64,000 nt of DNA, from contig CALVNN010000001.1 of assembly GCA_944349765.1 (NCBI GenBank), positions 87,138 to 151,137 of the forward strand. The letters run 5' to 3'. Numbering within the stretch: the stretch's first letter is position 1; each line of letters begins with the position of its first letter. Both the position numbers and the translations under genes were made by a program. Of the stretch, positions 30,001-39,400 are shown one piece after another. The notes under the pieces are model-generated. The model was not told where the DNA came from and searched no databases. It was given only the letters and a program-made list of their open reading frames with translations. The DNA is from an uncultured Clostridia bacterium. Lineage in GTDB: Bacteria > Bacillota > Clostridia > Christensenellales > UBA1242.

Positions 30001-33000
30001 CATTACAGCTGATATATATGATGACGCTGAATCAACGGGATTGTTTAAGAGGATTTATTCAGTTAAGGAAGATTCTACTCTGGAGAGCATATACAAATCA
30101 ACAATTAAAAACCTTAACATTATTATCAGAGAAGGTAATGGTGTTGGCGTAAGTTATGTTGGTGGTCTTGCTGGTATTGTAGAAGATAGCAATATATTTA
30201 ATGTGGATGTATCTGCTATAAATTACGATGAAACTAGCGTCATAAAGGGAAACAATGTAGTAGGCGGTCTTGCTGGTGTAATAAGAGGTGATTGTGTAGT
30301 ATTAAATATCACTTCAAGTGTGTCAGTAGAAGCTAGCTTTAGAGAGAGTAGCGGGGATGAATTGCCTAACTACTACATTGCAGAGACCAAAGATGCTACA
30401 AATGTTTCACACGCAGGTAGTATCGCTGGTGTTGTAGATATAATTGAAGATGTTGTTGGTACAGCTTCCTCAAGTAGTGATAGTGAAGATAGCTCAAGAA
30501 CAGCTAATAGAGATAAGGTATTCTTAGTTCAAAATGCAAATGTTCAAAATGTTTCAGTTAGCGGGCCAATCACGGTAAATGCTGAATTTGCGGGCGGATT
30601 ATTTGGCTATGTCGGTTCAAATACTCACATTTATAATGCTAATTTTGAAGTCACTATCGAAGGAACTCAATACATTTCATCTGACTATACAGCAGGCGGA
30701 CTTGTGGGTATAAACTTTGGTAAGTTGACTCAAGCGAGAATAGAACACTCTACTCAAGAGCAAGAGGCAATTGATGAAAGCATTGAGAATAATCTACTTA
30801 ATGGTGACACTATAAATAGAGGTAAAACTGATTTATTCCAAGGAGATCTAGTGTATGCTGGTGGTATAATCGGAATGAATATGGGTGGACACCTTGAGTA
30901 TGCTTATTCGCGTGTGGATATTGTGGCTCAAAATACTGAATCAAGTTCTACTAATGTAAATAGAGAACAATATTTAGGTGGCTTGATAGGTATTACGTAT
31001 GGTGGTAAAGTAATGCAAGTGTATGCTTCTGGTACAGTAGTTACAAAATCAAACGACCGTTCTTATGCTGGTGGTATTATTGGTCGTGTGGACGACTTTA
31101 ATATCCAGATTGCATCTGACGATGTGTTGGATTCTACAGAACTTCAAATAACTGATGTGTACGCTTTAAATTATTGGGATAACTTAAGTATTGTTACACG
31201 TAATGGCGGTAGATATGTAGGTAAGATTATTGGTTATAGTAATAGTGACCTAATACAAGACTTAAACCCAGAGGAAGATTCATTAAATAGAGTTGCTTAC
31301 ATAATGAATAATGAAAGCAATATATTTAGCGGATTGACAGATACTTATTATACACTCAAGCTTGTAGGTGATGGCCGTTATGCAAGCTTAACTACTGATG
31401 AGTTTGTTCCTAGTGATCTTAAAGGGCAATATTTAGAGACCTTAAATATGATGTTTGAACAAACAAGTAGTAGTATAGCTACGGTTAGTAATTTCTTCAC
31501 TGGACTTCACGATGAGTATTGGATTAAATATCCTGATTCAATATATCCAGTGTTTAAAGCAGGTGCAAAATCTAGCGAACAACCTATTTATACAGCTAAA
31601 GATTTTATTGATGAGGCAAATAGGACACCATACAAGACGTTTGTTATTATGAATGACTTAGATTTTAGTGGTATTACAAAGACAGGTTCGCTCATAACAT
31701 CGTTATTTACTGGTGATATTGTTTCTGGCGTAGTTAATCCAGAGAACACAGAAGAAAGATTATCTGTAAACTTCTACAATATTACTCTTAACGCAGATGA
31801 AAATACTACAAATTTGGCTTTGTTAAGCAGTATGAGAAAGGCATCTATCTCTAATATTAACTTCCATTTTAAAGAGGTAGCCACTAGTAGTGCTACAAGA
31901 CTTCAAAATGTAGGTTTAATTAGTGCTGTGGAAGAATCTACAAGCTATAATAATGTGCATGTCGTTATTGATAGTAGAGCCTATACATTAGTTGATGGCG
32001 AGGGAAATGACATAGAAGTAGCAGGTGACAATGAAGATGTCGAAGAAAATGTAGGCGATAAACTTATAACTAAGGCTACAAACGACTATGGTGGTATAAC
32101 TATTGATAATGCAAACAATATAGGTGCATTTAGTGCGGTAAGTAATGGTACTACTGTAGTGAATGGATGTAGTGTTTCTGGTTCACTTACTAGCGATGGC
32201 GTGAGCCCAAGTAGCTATACTTTGAAACAAGGCGGTTTCTTTGGAAGCAGTAATGTTTTAAGAATTAGCAATAGCTATGTGGATGCTTTCTCAAATAATG
32301 TAACTATTAGTAGAGGTATACCAAAAGCTAATAGAACAGATAAAACAGAAGGTGATATTATTACTGGTGTAAATATGATTAACTTCAAGCCTAATACCAG
32401 CTTCTCATTTAATGCATATCTAGGCAATATAGTAGGTGAAGTTACTGGTAATATCACAGCAAATACAGTGAGCGTAATTACAAATAATACCTTTACTAGA
32501 AACGATACTGAAGGTAATATTAGTGCTCGTATAGGTGGTATGATGGGTTATGCTCAAAGTGCCACATTGAATAATTGTAATGTATTATCTAACTCTTATC
32601 CACAAACTAGTAATAATCCTGATATTAATGTGTCTGGAGCGACTAGATTGTACTTAGGTGGTGTTGGTGGAGAAGTCCTTAATGTTACCGCAAACAATAT
32701 CCGAGTAGGTAAAGTCGATAACATAAAGACTGATGCTGGCACGACATCAACAATTTATAAGGTAAATATTTCAGCTGAAATTAAGGCAAGTACTCTAGAA
32801 AGTAGTGTAGGTGGTGCATTCGGATATGCTATAAATATAAACAACAATAGCCGATCAGCATCAGCATCTTCGTTTGTGTATGCTGATATTGATGTGTCTC
32901 ATACTAGTAAGCCAGATTCTGGCGCAGTTGTGTCGGTTGGTGGATTTGTTGGTAGGATGTTAAACTATGCTAACAGGTCTAGCGAAGAATTTATCCAAAG

Positions 33001-36000
33001 CAAGATAAATACAGTCGGAACTATCAATGTGAATAATTTAAGCAATGCACACGTTGGTGGTATAATAGGTACTGTGGTAAGTAATATTGATTTGGATGCT
33101 TCAGGGGATTCTGAGAGGGTGTATGTTTGTAGGACAATTCTTCAAAATTCTTATAGTTTAATGAATATCACTGCGACTAATACTGAGACTTTGGTTGCTG
33201 GTGGAGCTATAGGTAATTCTTCTTACTCAACCTCTACAAGTAACGACAATACTGGTAGACTTGAAGTGAATTATGTAATGTCTGCCGGGTACATAAATGC
33301 AGTAGGCGCAACTAATGTTACTGCTGGTGGATTAGTTGGGGTGCATTTAGGTGAGATAAACTACTCAATTGTTGCAACTACTATATTCACAGATGAAAGA
33401 GTTACAGATGATAAAGGAGTAGGGTTCAATTCTAATATTGTCATAGAACTCGTTGCTGGTAACCATTCTTCAACCAGTGTGGTCGAAATGAATGGTGTAG
33501 TGATTGTGGACGCTTTGACGATGTCAAATGTCGGATACAACAATAGCTTAGGTAATTATGTTTTGAGTAGTAATGGCGATGTTTATGAAGAGAATGAGAC
33601 AATTACTCAAGAAGAGTTGATTGACCTTGAGACCTCAAGACTTGGTTCTGTATATCAGACAGAATTATATGATTTTGAAGTTGAAGACTATGAGTCAGGA
33701 TTTGGTAAAGGTAGCGTGTTAAGCCCTATCCTTGTAACCAACGCTACAGAATTTAGTAACGCTAGAGCTAATAAGGGCGATATCTTATACTATATGCAAA
33801 CAGAAAATTTTGTATTTGATAACATTAACTTTGTGGATGAATCTACCTTATTTAATGGTGTATATAACGGAAATAATAAGATTATAACCTTGACAAGTGA
33901 GAATGCTATTGATTTCACAAACTCTAGCAATTACGGATTGTTTGGTATTATTAATTCGACTGGTGCAGTAAGCAAACTTGCTATTATGGTGGAAGATTTA
34001 ACGATTAATCAGATAAATGATGTAAACTTTGCTGTGCTTGCAGGTGTTAATAAGGGTACAATTTATGGCGTGTATGTAAAAGGTAACATAAATATTGCTT
34101 CAAATGTAAGCAGTGTAACCAACTTTAAGTTGGCGGGGGTTGTATCTGATAATGCTGGTGTTATTAGTACCCTGATAAGCGATATAAAGATGGTCGGCAA
34201 GAATCTAAAAACGACCCTGGATATAAGTCCTGTTATGTCAAATATTAGTTATGGTATATTATTTAATGCTATTATTCTTGGAAGCATTGAGATATATAAT
34301 ACCAGCACCAGCTATGAAGATATAAGACCATATACATCGGCTAATATAGATATAGGTGAGATTACCAATGCTGGTACAGGTATTGTTAATGGTGTGCTTA
34401 TGGCGACTAATATCTTCTCAATGGATGATAAGGTGAAGTATGGCTTATTTGGAACTGGCGAAAGTACGATCATGTATCAATCTATTTCATTTGACAATTC
34501 CATAATTGATTCAGGCATAAGTAGTAATAATAGCAAACGTATAGTAGCTATATCAGATAGTTACGATCAATTAAATAGTGCTAGATTAAACAGTAGTTAC
34601 TTCTTGTATAATTCTGGTATATCTTATGGCTATAATTATGGCTATCCATATTTTGTCAACTTTTTAAATTTCCAATTAGAAGATAATTCACCTATTGTGG
34701 TGACTCAAAAAGAAGAAAATGGCGTAACATACAGTTTAATTAATAACATTACAACATTCTATTACAATATTAATAAAGACAATGTATCAGGAAATTATCA
34801 AGTGATAAATAACCTAATTCAGTTAGATCAATCATATGAATTTGGTAGTAGAAAAGGCGTATCATTAAGTGACGCTAGACTTGATTTTGCTGGAAATGTA
34901 CTTTACAATATCAAATTACATGCAGCAGGGACTAGAGAGAGTAAGACCAATAATTCTATGTTCTTGAATGCTAATAATAGTACAATATCTAATTTAAAAT
35001 TGGCTATTTATTTTGAAAGTAATTTATTGACTTCAACTAATATAGATGCATTTAGTATATTGCTTCATAATATGGTGAATTCGACGCTACAAAATATACG
35101 TTTGACAGATATTTACTTTGCGAATGATGGAGTAAAAACTAATAACTTCATCAAGACGACAGATAAGATGTCTGTAGCCGGTGTGGTTATCAATGCTACA
35201 AGTTCAAGCCTTATTGATGTAGTCAATACATATACTATACAGGCTACTAATTCTACGACATCAGAGATGAAGACTGCTGGTATAGTTGTGAAGCTCGAAA
35301 ATTCGACAATGCAAGGATGCAAAAATTACGGTTCTGTGACTGCTATAAATAATAAGTCGGCAGGCTCAAACGGTGATAATGTCGCTGGTATAGCATATGA
35401 AGTTACTTCAAACTCTACCATTGATCATTGTACAAATTCAGGTAGAATCACTGCAAGTAATGGAAAAGATGCGTCCGGCACGGATAGTAGCGAAAATGGC
35501 AAAAGAGGTGGCGATGGTGGTAGTGCTGGTGGTATAGCATATGTTACTAATAACTCAACCATCACGTGGTCCACTAACACAGCAAGAATAACAGGCGGTA
35601 GTGGTGGTGATGGTTCCAATGGTAACAATGGCACAAATTCTACCCATCCTAGTTCAGTAAATAGCAGTACTGGTTGGCCTGCATACATTTATTACTATAA
35701 TCCTTATGGGTCAACTTCAGGTAAGAAAGGTGGCGATGGCGGAAATGCAGGTTATACTGGAGGTATTGTGGCAAAAGCTGAAAATAATGCACTGATACAA
35801 AGTAATACTAATACCAACACTGGAACTATCCAAGGCGGAAATGGTGGCGATGGTGGCGATGGCGGTAAAGGTGGTAATGGTGCTGATGCTACGGTTGAGA
35901 TAAAGTTTTACTTTGTATATACTGATTGTATTGTTAAATATTCTTCGTCTGGCTCATTTGGTGGTAATGGTGGTAAGGGAGGTAATGCAAATTTAAGATA

Positions 36001-36343
36001 TGGACAGATTATCGGAACTAAAGACACATCAGTAACTATGAATTCAAATAATACTGCTAGTGAATCAGTAGTAGAAACTGTTTACTGTGGTGCTGGTGGT
36101 AATGGTGGAGCTGGCGGTAGTGGTGGCGATGGAGACTCGGCTGATTATATAATTCAAAATGTAGTTCAATTGCGAGCATGTAATGGCTCAAGAAGTGGCT
36201 ATGCAGGGACTACAGAGCTAAACACGAATCAAAATTACAACCAAGGTAAGTCGCGTAGTTCTACATACGGTTCTGGTGGAGCTGGCGGATCTGTTTGTTA
36301 TGGACATCCAAGAGTCGCCGTTCAGCCTAACACCTATAGATAA
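21089..36343 (+). CDS. Giant surface lipoprotein 1 (5,084 aa): Big_2-like Ig array, repeated cap + GLUG-rung modules, Gly-rich C-terminus
   Basis: Uninterrupted 15.3-kb ORF with an AGAGGAG RBS 8 nt before the ATG at 21089. It has a signal peptide and the lipobox LVG|C (Cys codon at 21158). Big_2-style domain ends are present (GTAKIVVFT...VNVV). GLUG-type rungs recur (NVGGLVGDA, AVGGLVGYA, YAGGLVGYI). The N-terminus is paralogous to the next gene. Confidence 0.85.
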   Translation: MLKKKIYGLLSVVLMFVNIGLVGCTQGGNNITLDVSTDNITIVLGEEPENESWEMNTAKFTVSTNVSTQVVYRIENEGVIRVDTDTEHSYSTTKTAIVTALKTGTAKIVVFTPESSSVYKEIIVNVVQPITSIEFVQDYALFIPIGEQRAIDIDNAFNIEPLYGNKNDLRFEIIDDQYNLGATIDEISGVIDASNVTNVGNITVRAYTTEEIYADTIVHIVSPISGDDVSVATEAGDIIMSNGEFVSEAGNKITLIKTTEENSTITLNVNVNSLSEYEIDLTIANPKAITYQKVGSSSFVIKALELGQSDLNFSINILGATGIEPYEFTLDVNVYDKPLDININGLSASSMDYVYNTTIYNNYNQGELGTPFRFTLNPSTVTEENSDLTITFNNPNTAVNAIAVFNVYGDRLGIRYDANGNMVSLEPFTIKAGDTIYIKSTLNQVNSEQFSFVVSSVFSVNYPPEVSATVNLTLREGISEFSYDRSNLYIEQGQSQTVYLNVGRDNADTSGIYYEVEGDAVEVVKVTGDEANNRNYIIIGQKLGDAVVTFYSGNGFEIVINVKVYNPLTELLLTSESPLQNGAIGEREFVNDSLAYIAVATGSRFNLQYITNLGASVANVRYEVINGNTYVSTTSEGLVSILGTGTATIRVSVYGYDQTGIMADPLYKTVTVEGYVPVSSIALNNTTLYLKDYESVGYYRVAEYSQKQLVINTYPSNAEINEEDITWTLVGEGGSITNTTGFSTLFTAGPLNDFDSTTLRVLVSVIDHGRVFSQVCNIEVTKAIKVEDVRLVNVFNSEIYFDGRDGLGAEATTFNVLANTYPTNAFNNALRYIYIHTDEENTSPVFSVDAMGNVRPIRGGSAILRIAAEDSFVNMGEPSVYTDVKVVVADGKTKETAYRLYDAQDLLDIGKNSNSLNSFYVLANDIDLSSISSWTPIGVLNGQINEFNGYLSGQYIVGIGDNEQVISSRLYGINLTKGVNVSNETTDTSGTVTENIFIASLFAKLGSSAQFENLEIEYESISIDLSSANYSSVYVGGLVAVQEDLNDDGVEDEQRLEEGEFVFENVEININNVNISNASSRQNVYFGGLIANYRSTVLIDYIDSCTVNATNVSISGTANSLYAGGLVGYIDALATIQGTYTQSTETGVNYGSVFGDAGFDVVADFNISASATNSAVGGLVGYAQNVISLSNVGFKGSINATSVDNVGGLAGVFISNNTSYINLGISVINTVTTFGKVVGHNNVGGLVGDADVRIFNAIVENYGDIIAQGNQNVGGAIGNLRDGRISLGMVTSSNNSASVVGVTNVGTMIGNMASGLLEAVYTDISTSVTNIVLVGTSGNNAHVSNSFVTQGAIGVSNATNCYAVTDYSSAINAWNALTEKRFELSEILSSVVDENNQIITEYYTAQWLQPGTNGINDQVNNGYPIFGLVDSLPFYNVIPTSIEITIKENNSLYKIDDSNVLMFYYELTQTLIDNTSAKDLATLYKNALALNTIDLNAIDFIEVNVYPQSFRVIRLDLEALATDSNASSDVLQTTADGKVIIQKEGVARLKVSSVINPEANDELYVNTLKRVTSFALNSSDLGNSSEALNSKDFEIRKGESGYYFVYLENYDKLNNINYNYTDKFEIVYTIYATENDNLVNIVVDAEGNPTSYTVNHIIDRLNFNDVDFEVAYNFDYQFETDTEGEFENITYLMNSNKQLPQDFLTKWANGAEVQYVPGDTIDVYRYATYKLEVNKVDNYIAYYEDDEIANIMPIYLYSLSAKSYTDGMHIINTLQESHIGNTPLEGSEYTVNVALNYVVDKFTTSNDVLSSQKESILVKDVANSLTSFDLVIYDGAISIESTINSAVNVPGDVVNVGITLITDNSSDELEVVEIEDVIIELSKVEEKAIEGGKYQKDYTLSVSLVDEFDVRHLSTNKELNIEVYSTLLEDKRLIVPVTFVPQQVQRMNIYKYAVSNVSNSNYEAYGVNDLVITTNEPSILQINVYPYYSHIDEIEIKSSMYEDTSILFEQMIHTTGQNYRRLIPQSQATDDRLGLNLQQYSRYAEDGVTRVYDGNLYVKLLLNNNVPKNTEFTITINAYNYDVLGNRVLVSTNSVVLLSEEIPELAVTTATESPYIVKGVQNILNVNFKPTADGQDYSQNVTVSVKGADNNYQTYIPDESNMFGLVDYKKGAVTTEDGRRISEDVLNVGIGVPTGARITIVYTVRYQINNIEKELNVSKTFTVVDYDIQNISIYSFGSESHILNMDVNEAYQFGVENVLFKVAPEDYEDASNAFGYNEAFESEYYKLYYGYGVVGDRTVNVSYNAGNGTFEYDGKPVVAITELTADGTFTSTFKYKNEIDGNVTYSEIESFTPGVYLKMLSAKRTLQNRVDFFKRQTAPNTYESFIDYSDPNVGVYVRQSLNETDYEISGLRYAYSLIGVTPMMNQTMMMSIDYAYNDDGELIFDSLPSEHANYTDYYTYNIQTRTSFDVPIPIYTQQELAEMTAGENYILMNDITLVNWVPISTGISSLDGNGYNLIIRNFDTSTGNIGLFNTVQEDTILKNITINISQMESVIDMYNFEEVYFGLLAVTNEGTITNCAISAENLDGSQVSSGAEKSITINTNTLLDGTLVRVMAGLLVYENNNAITNSRVGDAGVTGDTITSSRIISLTAAGDLAGFVCQNGGHISSSYAKHIKIINTLDVASNSQTAGFVAANGGTIVSSYVRGSQQLSEDEDSLYSEYGLLSSNGSIGGFVYSNSGSIQDAYSNINIQSNARTAGFVFSNIDEGTITNAYSASKISTNSALHMPFIGVDDKSVIQCDDPNNITNVYYYVENNKDFEASAVEELASPILKSNFGTQSNFAGFAFSVAGEYNAIWTMTDGYPDLYEANVETISERELIINENNQIEYYYKNNYNLGTEENPYIIASASDYNYYFGLGLRTDNLVESKYFRLINDVDFEAEDATIDAITKQLTLYNTSIEGNGFTISNVVITADIYDDAESTGLFKRIYSVKEDSTLESIYKSTIKNLNIIIREGNGVGVSYVGGLAGIVEDSNIFNVDVSAINYDETSVIKGNNVVGGLAGVIRGDCVVLNITSSVSVEASFRESSGDELPNYYIAETKDATNVSHAGSIAGVVDIIEDVVGTASSSSDSEDSSRTANRDKVFLVQNANVQNVSVSGPITVNAEFAGGLFGYVGSNTHIYNANFEVTIEGTQYISSDYTAGGLVGINFGKLTQARIEHSTQEQEAIDESIENNLLNGDTINRGKTDLFQGDLVYAGGIIGMNMGGHLEYAYSRVDIVAQNTESSSTNVNREQYLGGLIGITYGGKVMQVYASGTVVTKSNDRSYAGGIIGRVDDFNIQIASDDVLDSTELQITDVYALNYWDNLSIVTRNGGRYVGKIIGYSNSDLIQDLNPEEDSLNRVAYIMNNESNIFSGLTDTYYTLKLVGDGRYASLTTDEFVPSDLKGQYLETLNMMFEQTSSSIATVSNFFTGLHDEYWIKYPDSIYPVFKAGAKSSEQPIYTAKDFIDEANRTPYKTFVIMNDLDFSGITKTGSLITSLFTGDIVSGVVNPENTEERLSVNFYNITLNADENTTNLALLSSMRKASISNINFHFKEVATSSATRLQNVGLISAVEESTSYNNVHVVIDSRAYTLVDGEGNDIEVAGDNEDVEENVGDKLITKATNDYGGITIDNANNIGAFSAVSNGTTVVNGCSVSGSLTSDGVSPSSYTLKQGGFFGSSNVLRISNSYVDAFSNNVTISRGIPKANRTDKTEGDIITGVNMINFKPNTSFSFNAYLGNIVGEVTGNITANTVSVITNNTFTRNDTEGNISARIGGMMGYAQSATLNNCNVLSNSYPQTSNNPDINVSGATRLYLGGVGGEVLNVTANNIRVGKVDNIKTDAGTTSTIYKVNISAEIKASTLESSVGGAFGYAININNNSRSASASSFVYADIDVSHTSKPDSGAVVSVGGFVGRMLNYANRSSEEFIQSKINTVGTINVNNLSNAHVGGIIGTVVSNIDLDASGDSERVYVCRTILQNSYSLMNITATNTETLVAGGAIGNSSYSTSTSNDNTGRLEVNYVMSAGYINAVGATNVTAGGLVGVHLGEINYSIVATTIFTDERVTDDKGVGFNSNIVIELVAGNHSSTSVVEMNGVVIVDALTMSNVGYNNSLGNYVLSSNGDVYEENETITQEELIDLETSRLGSVYQTELYDFEVEDYESGFGKGSVLSPILVTNATEFSNARANKGDILYYMQTENFVFDNINFVDESTLFNGVYNGNNKIITLTSENAIDFTNSSNYGLFGIINSTGAVSKLAIMVEDLTINQINDVNFAVLAGVNKGTIYGVYVKGNINIASNVSSVTNFKLAGVVSDNAGVISTLISDIKMVGKNLKTTLDISPVMSNISYGILFNAIILGSIEIYNTSTSYEDIRPYTSANIDIGEITNAGTGIVNGVLMATNIFSMDDKVKYGLFGTGESTIMYQSISFDNSIIDSGISSNNSKRIVAISDSYDQLNSARLNSSYFLYNSGISYGYNYGYPYFVNFLNFQLEDNSPIVVTQKEENGVTYSLINNITTFYYNINKDNVSGNYQVINNLIQLDQSYEFGSRKGVSLSDARLDFAGNVLYNIKLHAAGTRESKTNNSMFLNANNSTISNLKLAIYFESNLLTSTNIDAFSILLHNMVNSTLQNIRLTDIYFANDGVKTNNFIKTTDKMSVAGVVINATSSSLIDVVNTYTIQATNSTTSEMKTAGIVVKLENSTMQGCKNYGSVTAINNKSAGSNGDNVAGIAYEVTSNSTIDHCTNSGRITASNGKDASGTDSSENGKRGGDGGSAGGIAYVTNNSTITWSTNTARITGGSGGDGSNGNNGTNSTHPSSVNSSTGWPAYIYYYNPYGSTSGKKGGDGGNAGYTGGIVAKAENNALIQSNTNTNTGTIQGGNGGDGGDGGKGGNGADATVEIKFYFVYTDCIVKYSSSGSFGGNGGKGGNANLRYGQIIGTKDTSVTMNSNNTASESVVETVYCGAGGNGGAGGSGGDGDSADYIIQNVVQLRACNGSRSGYAGTTELNTNQNYNQGKSRSSTYGSGGAGGSVCYGHPRVAVQPNTYR
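35500..36295 (+). repeat. Interspersed GGxGG glycine-rich patches in the C-terminal module of giant gene 1
   Basis: The patches are KRGGDGGSAGG, GGSGGDGSNGNNG, KKGGDGGNAG, GGNGGDGGDGGKGGNGADA, GGNGGKGGN, GAGGNGGAGGSGGDGD and GSGGAGGS. They are encoded by locally GC-rich GGT/GGC runs. Confidence 0.8.
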
Positions 36344-36350
36344 TTGAATA

Positions 36351-36443
36351 CTAAAACTGTGAAGGGAAAGGGAGACCTAAAACTTCAACAGTTTTAGGTA
36401 AACATCTAAATTAAAGATGTTTACCTAAGACTGTCATAGTCTT
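36351..36443 (+). promoter_or_regulatory. Three consecutive stem-loops between the two giant genes
   Basis: The first hairpin is CTAAAACTGTGAAG...CTTCAACAGTTTTAG. The second has a perfect 11-bp stem AGGTAAACATC/GATGTTTACCT (36396-36426). The third is AAGACT/AGTCTT (36427-36443), followed by AATTAAATTTTTT and then the AGGAGA RBS. Confidence 0.55.
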
Positions 36444-36474
36444 AATTAAATTTTTTAGGAGATAAAATTATACA

Positions 36475-39400
36475 ATGAGAGGAAAATTTGCTTGTCTAAT
36501 GGTGATATTGCTATCTATTGTGACATTAGGTTTTACTGGGTGTACTGGCGGTAGTAGCAATTTCTCATTTAGACTTTCAACAAATGAGGTTAATATCATA
36601 ATGGGGGAAGCGGACGAATCTGGCGAAGTGAATACTCAGTATGTAACCGCTGATATCGAAAATAATAACAGTAATTCGTCACTACTTTTTAGAATAGAAA
36701 ATGAAGGCGTTATTGCGTGCGAAATCACTGAGAGATTGAGCTATAGAGTTACTTTTAAGATAACGGCTTTAAACCCAGGTACTGCAAAACTGGTTGTTTT
36801 CAACGCAGACAGTAGTAACATGTCCGACGAAATAATAGTAAGAGTCTACAAACATATTGAAAATGTAGAGTTTGTAGATGGTTTTGCTATGTACGTGGTT
36901 AAGGGAAGCACTCAAAGCATAGATTTTGATAATGACCTAGAAATAACGCCACAAATGTCAGCTATGGAGGACTTGAGGTTTAGTATAGTTGGTGAGGCAC
37001 GTGGTTTAAAAATAGGGGAGACTACTGGTATTGTTGATGCTACTGAAGCTGAAGTTGGTGCTGTAACTATTCAAGTAAGTAGTGCTTACAATCCTGATCA
37101 GACTAGTACAGCTGTAGTTAATATAGTTGAGCCTATTGAGGTAGATGAGATAAATGTTGTTCAATCTGGTGCCGTTAATGCTGACATTATGAGCGGTGGT
37201 AGCTTGCTTGTCGACAATGTTACTTTGGTGAAGACCAAAGAAGACTATGCTTACACCACATTGACAGTCACTGCTTTAATGCACGAAGTAGGTGATTTGA
37301 CAATAAATGCAACTACTCAAGGTCGAGTAGTGCAGATCCAACAAGTTGCGGACAATGTATTTATTATAAAAGCATTGGAATTAGGGGATACGACCATTAC
37401 GTTAAGCTTTATTCAAAATGGTGCAGAAAAGTACTTAGAGCCTGTGTCAGTTGATATACCATTCCAAGTAATAGACGCACCTAGCCAAATCAACTTAAAC
37501 GGCGTTATGGTGGATGGTAGTACCAGTGTAAATATTTATAATAATTATGAGGACACATATTTAGGTGCAAGTCTTAGATTTACACTAAGTCCTACTAGTG
37601 TTCTTGAGGAACATTCTCGAATTATTCTCTCTTTAAAAAATTTAATTGGTTTACAACAACTAGCATTTTTCAATAGCAAATACGAACCTCTGACTATGAC
37701 AAGTGAGGGTATAACTATAACAGCTGGAGATACAATATACGTACGTGCGGACAATGTAGAGCCTGGTGAGGTATATACATTGATAGCACTTGCTGAAAAT
37801 ACAATGAATTATGGTGAGCCTGATACGTGGCTTAGCGTTGAAATAGAGCTAAATGTATTACAAGGCATTACTGATATGTATTTTGAGACTTCACCAGTGA
37901 TCATACGCAAAGGTGAGACCAAGACAGTGAGCGTCAATGTATCACCAGTTAATGCTGATGTCTCTACATTGACTACTTCTGGTAGTAATGAATATTTTGA
38001 TGTCGTAGATAATGGAAATGCTACTTATGACATAACTGCAAAAAAGACTGGTTCATCATATTTTACAGTTTATAGAGGTAACGGTTCGCCTATAACCACC
38101 TTAGTTGAAGTATACGAACCATTGACCGAAATGACTCTTGAGACCGATGAGAGCTACCAAAATGTAAATATAGGTAGTAAAGAGTACTATGATAATGGTG
38201 AACTTTATAAAGTATATGTTGCATTGCACTCAACAATTGATTTGTATATAAATTACAATAGTGGAGCCACTATTACAGATCTTGAGATCTATGTGGATGG
38301 GGTGTTATCCTCAAACAACTCTACTAGACTTACAGTAAGTAAAGAGGGTGAATCATTAGTTAGGGTAATTATATACGGATATGACCCTGAGACTGATGGA
38401 ACTATATATTCCATTGAGAAGACTATAAGAGTAGTAGGTTATAGACCTATATCGTCTATTTCATTAAATATACTTAATGGTGTAAGATATAATTATGAAA
38501 CTGTAGGTTTTTATAATCAAACACTTTTAAGTCAATACACACTCCAGGCACTGGTTTATCCACAAAATGCTACTTATGCTAGTGATGTCGTTTGGACCAT
38601 TACAGATAAGAGTAATGATGGGCTATTGTCTGGTAGTTTAAGTACATTATCTGGGCCTAGTACTATATTCACCGCGGGACCTTTTGAGTCTTTGAGTGAT
38701 ACAATTATTATTACAGCCAGCGTTACGGAGTTTGGTAGAAGCTTTAGTCAGACTTGTACTATTGAAGTTAGAAATGCTACTATGGTAGATAACATAGTCT
38801 TGAATAACGTGTCGAATAACCTATTAACATTTGATAGTAGAAAAGGTCTAGGTACTACAGATAACTCATTTACAGTGTCAGCATCAGCTTACCCTGTAAA
38901 TGCTCAAAATCGTAATTTGCGTTATAGCTACGTTCATATAGACGATTCTTCTTCAACACCAATATTTAGTGTTAATGCTAGCGGACAAGTTATACCTATT
39001 CGAGCTGGTACGGGTCTGCTCAGAATATCCGCAGAAGATAGTTTTATAAATGCTACAGAATCAAGTAGATATGTGGATGTTGTAGTAAAAGTGTTAGACG
39101 GACAAAGCATAGAAAATGCATTCCATATTTCCACGCCAGAAGAGCTTATGGATATTGGGTCAAGCGTCCATACAATGAGCCTATACTATGTATTGACTGC
39201 CGATATAGATCTAAAAGATATAGATTGGAACCCTATTGGAACAAATAATAAGACGGCATTTACTGGATATTTATCTGGTAAATTTGAAGTGCCTGAATTA
39301 GGAATATCTACACAATATTCTATAGATAATCTTACTATAAACAAATCTTTAAGTCAGAATATTGAAAGCTATTATGGTCTGTTTTATAGGATAAGCAGTA

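Noticed and set aside
35500-36295. The Gly-rich C-terminus of giant protein 1, considered as RTX calcium-binding repeats or as a collagen-like triple helix.
   Set aside because: There is no regular GGxGxDxUx nonapeptide periodicity and no Gly-X-Y triplet register. The patches are irregular GGxGG runs separated by ordinary sequence.
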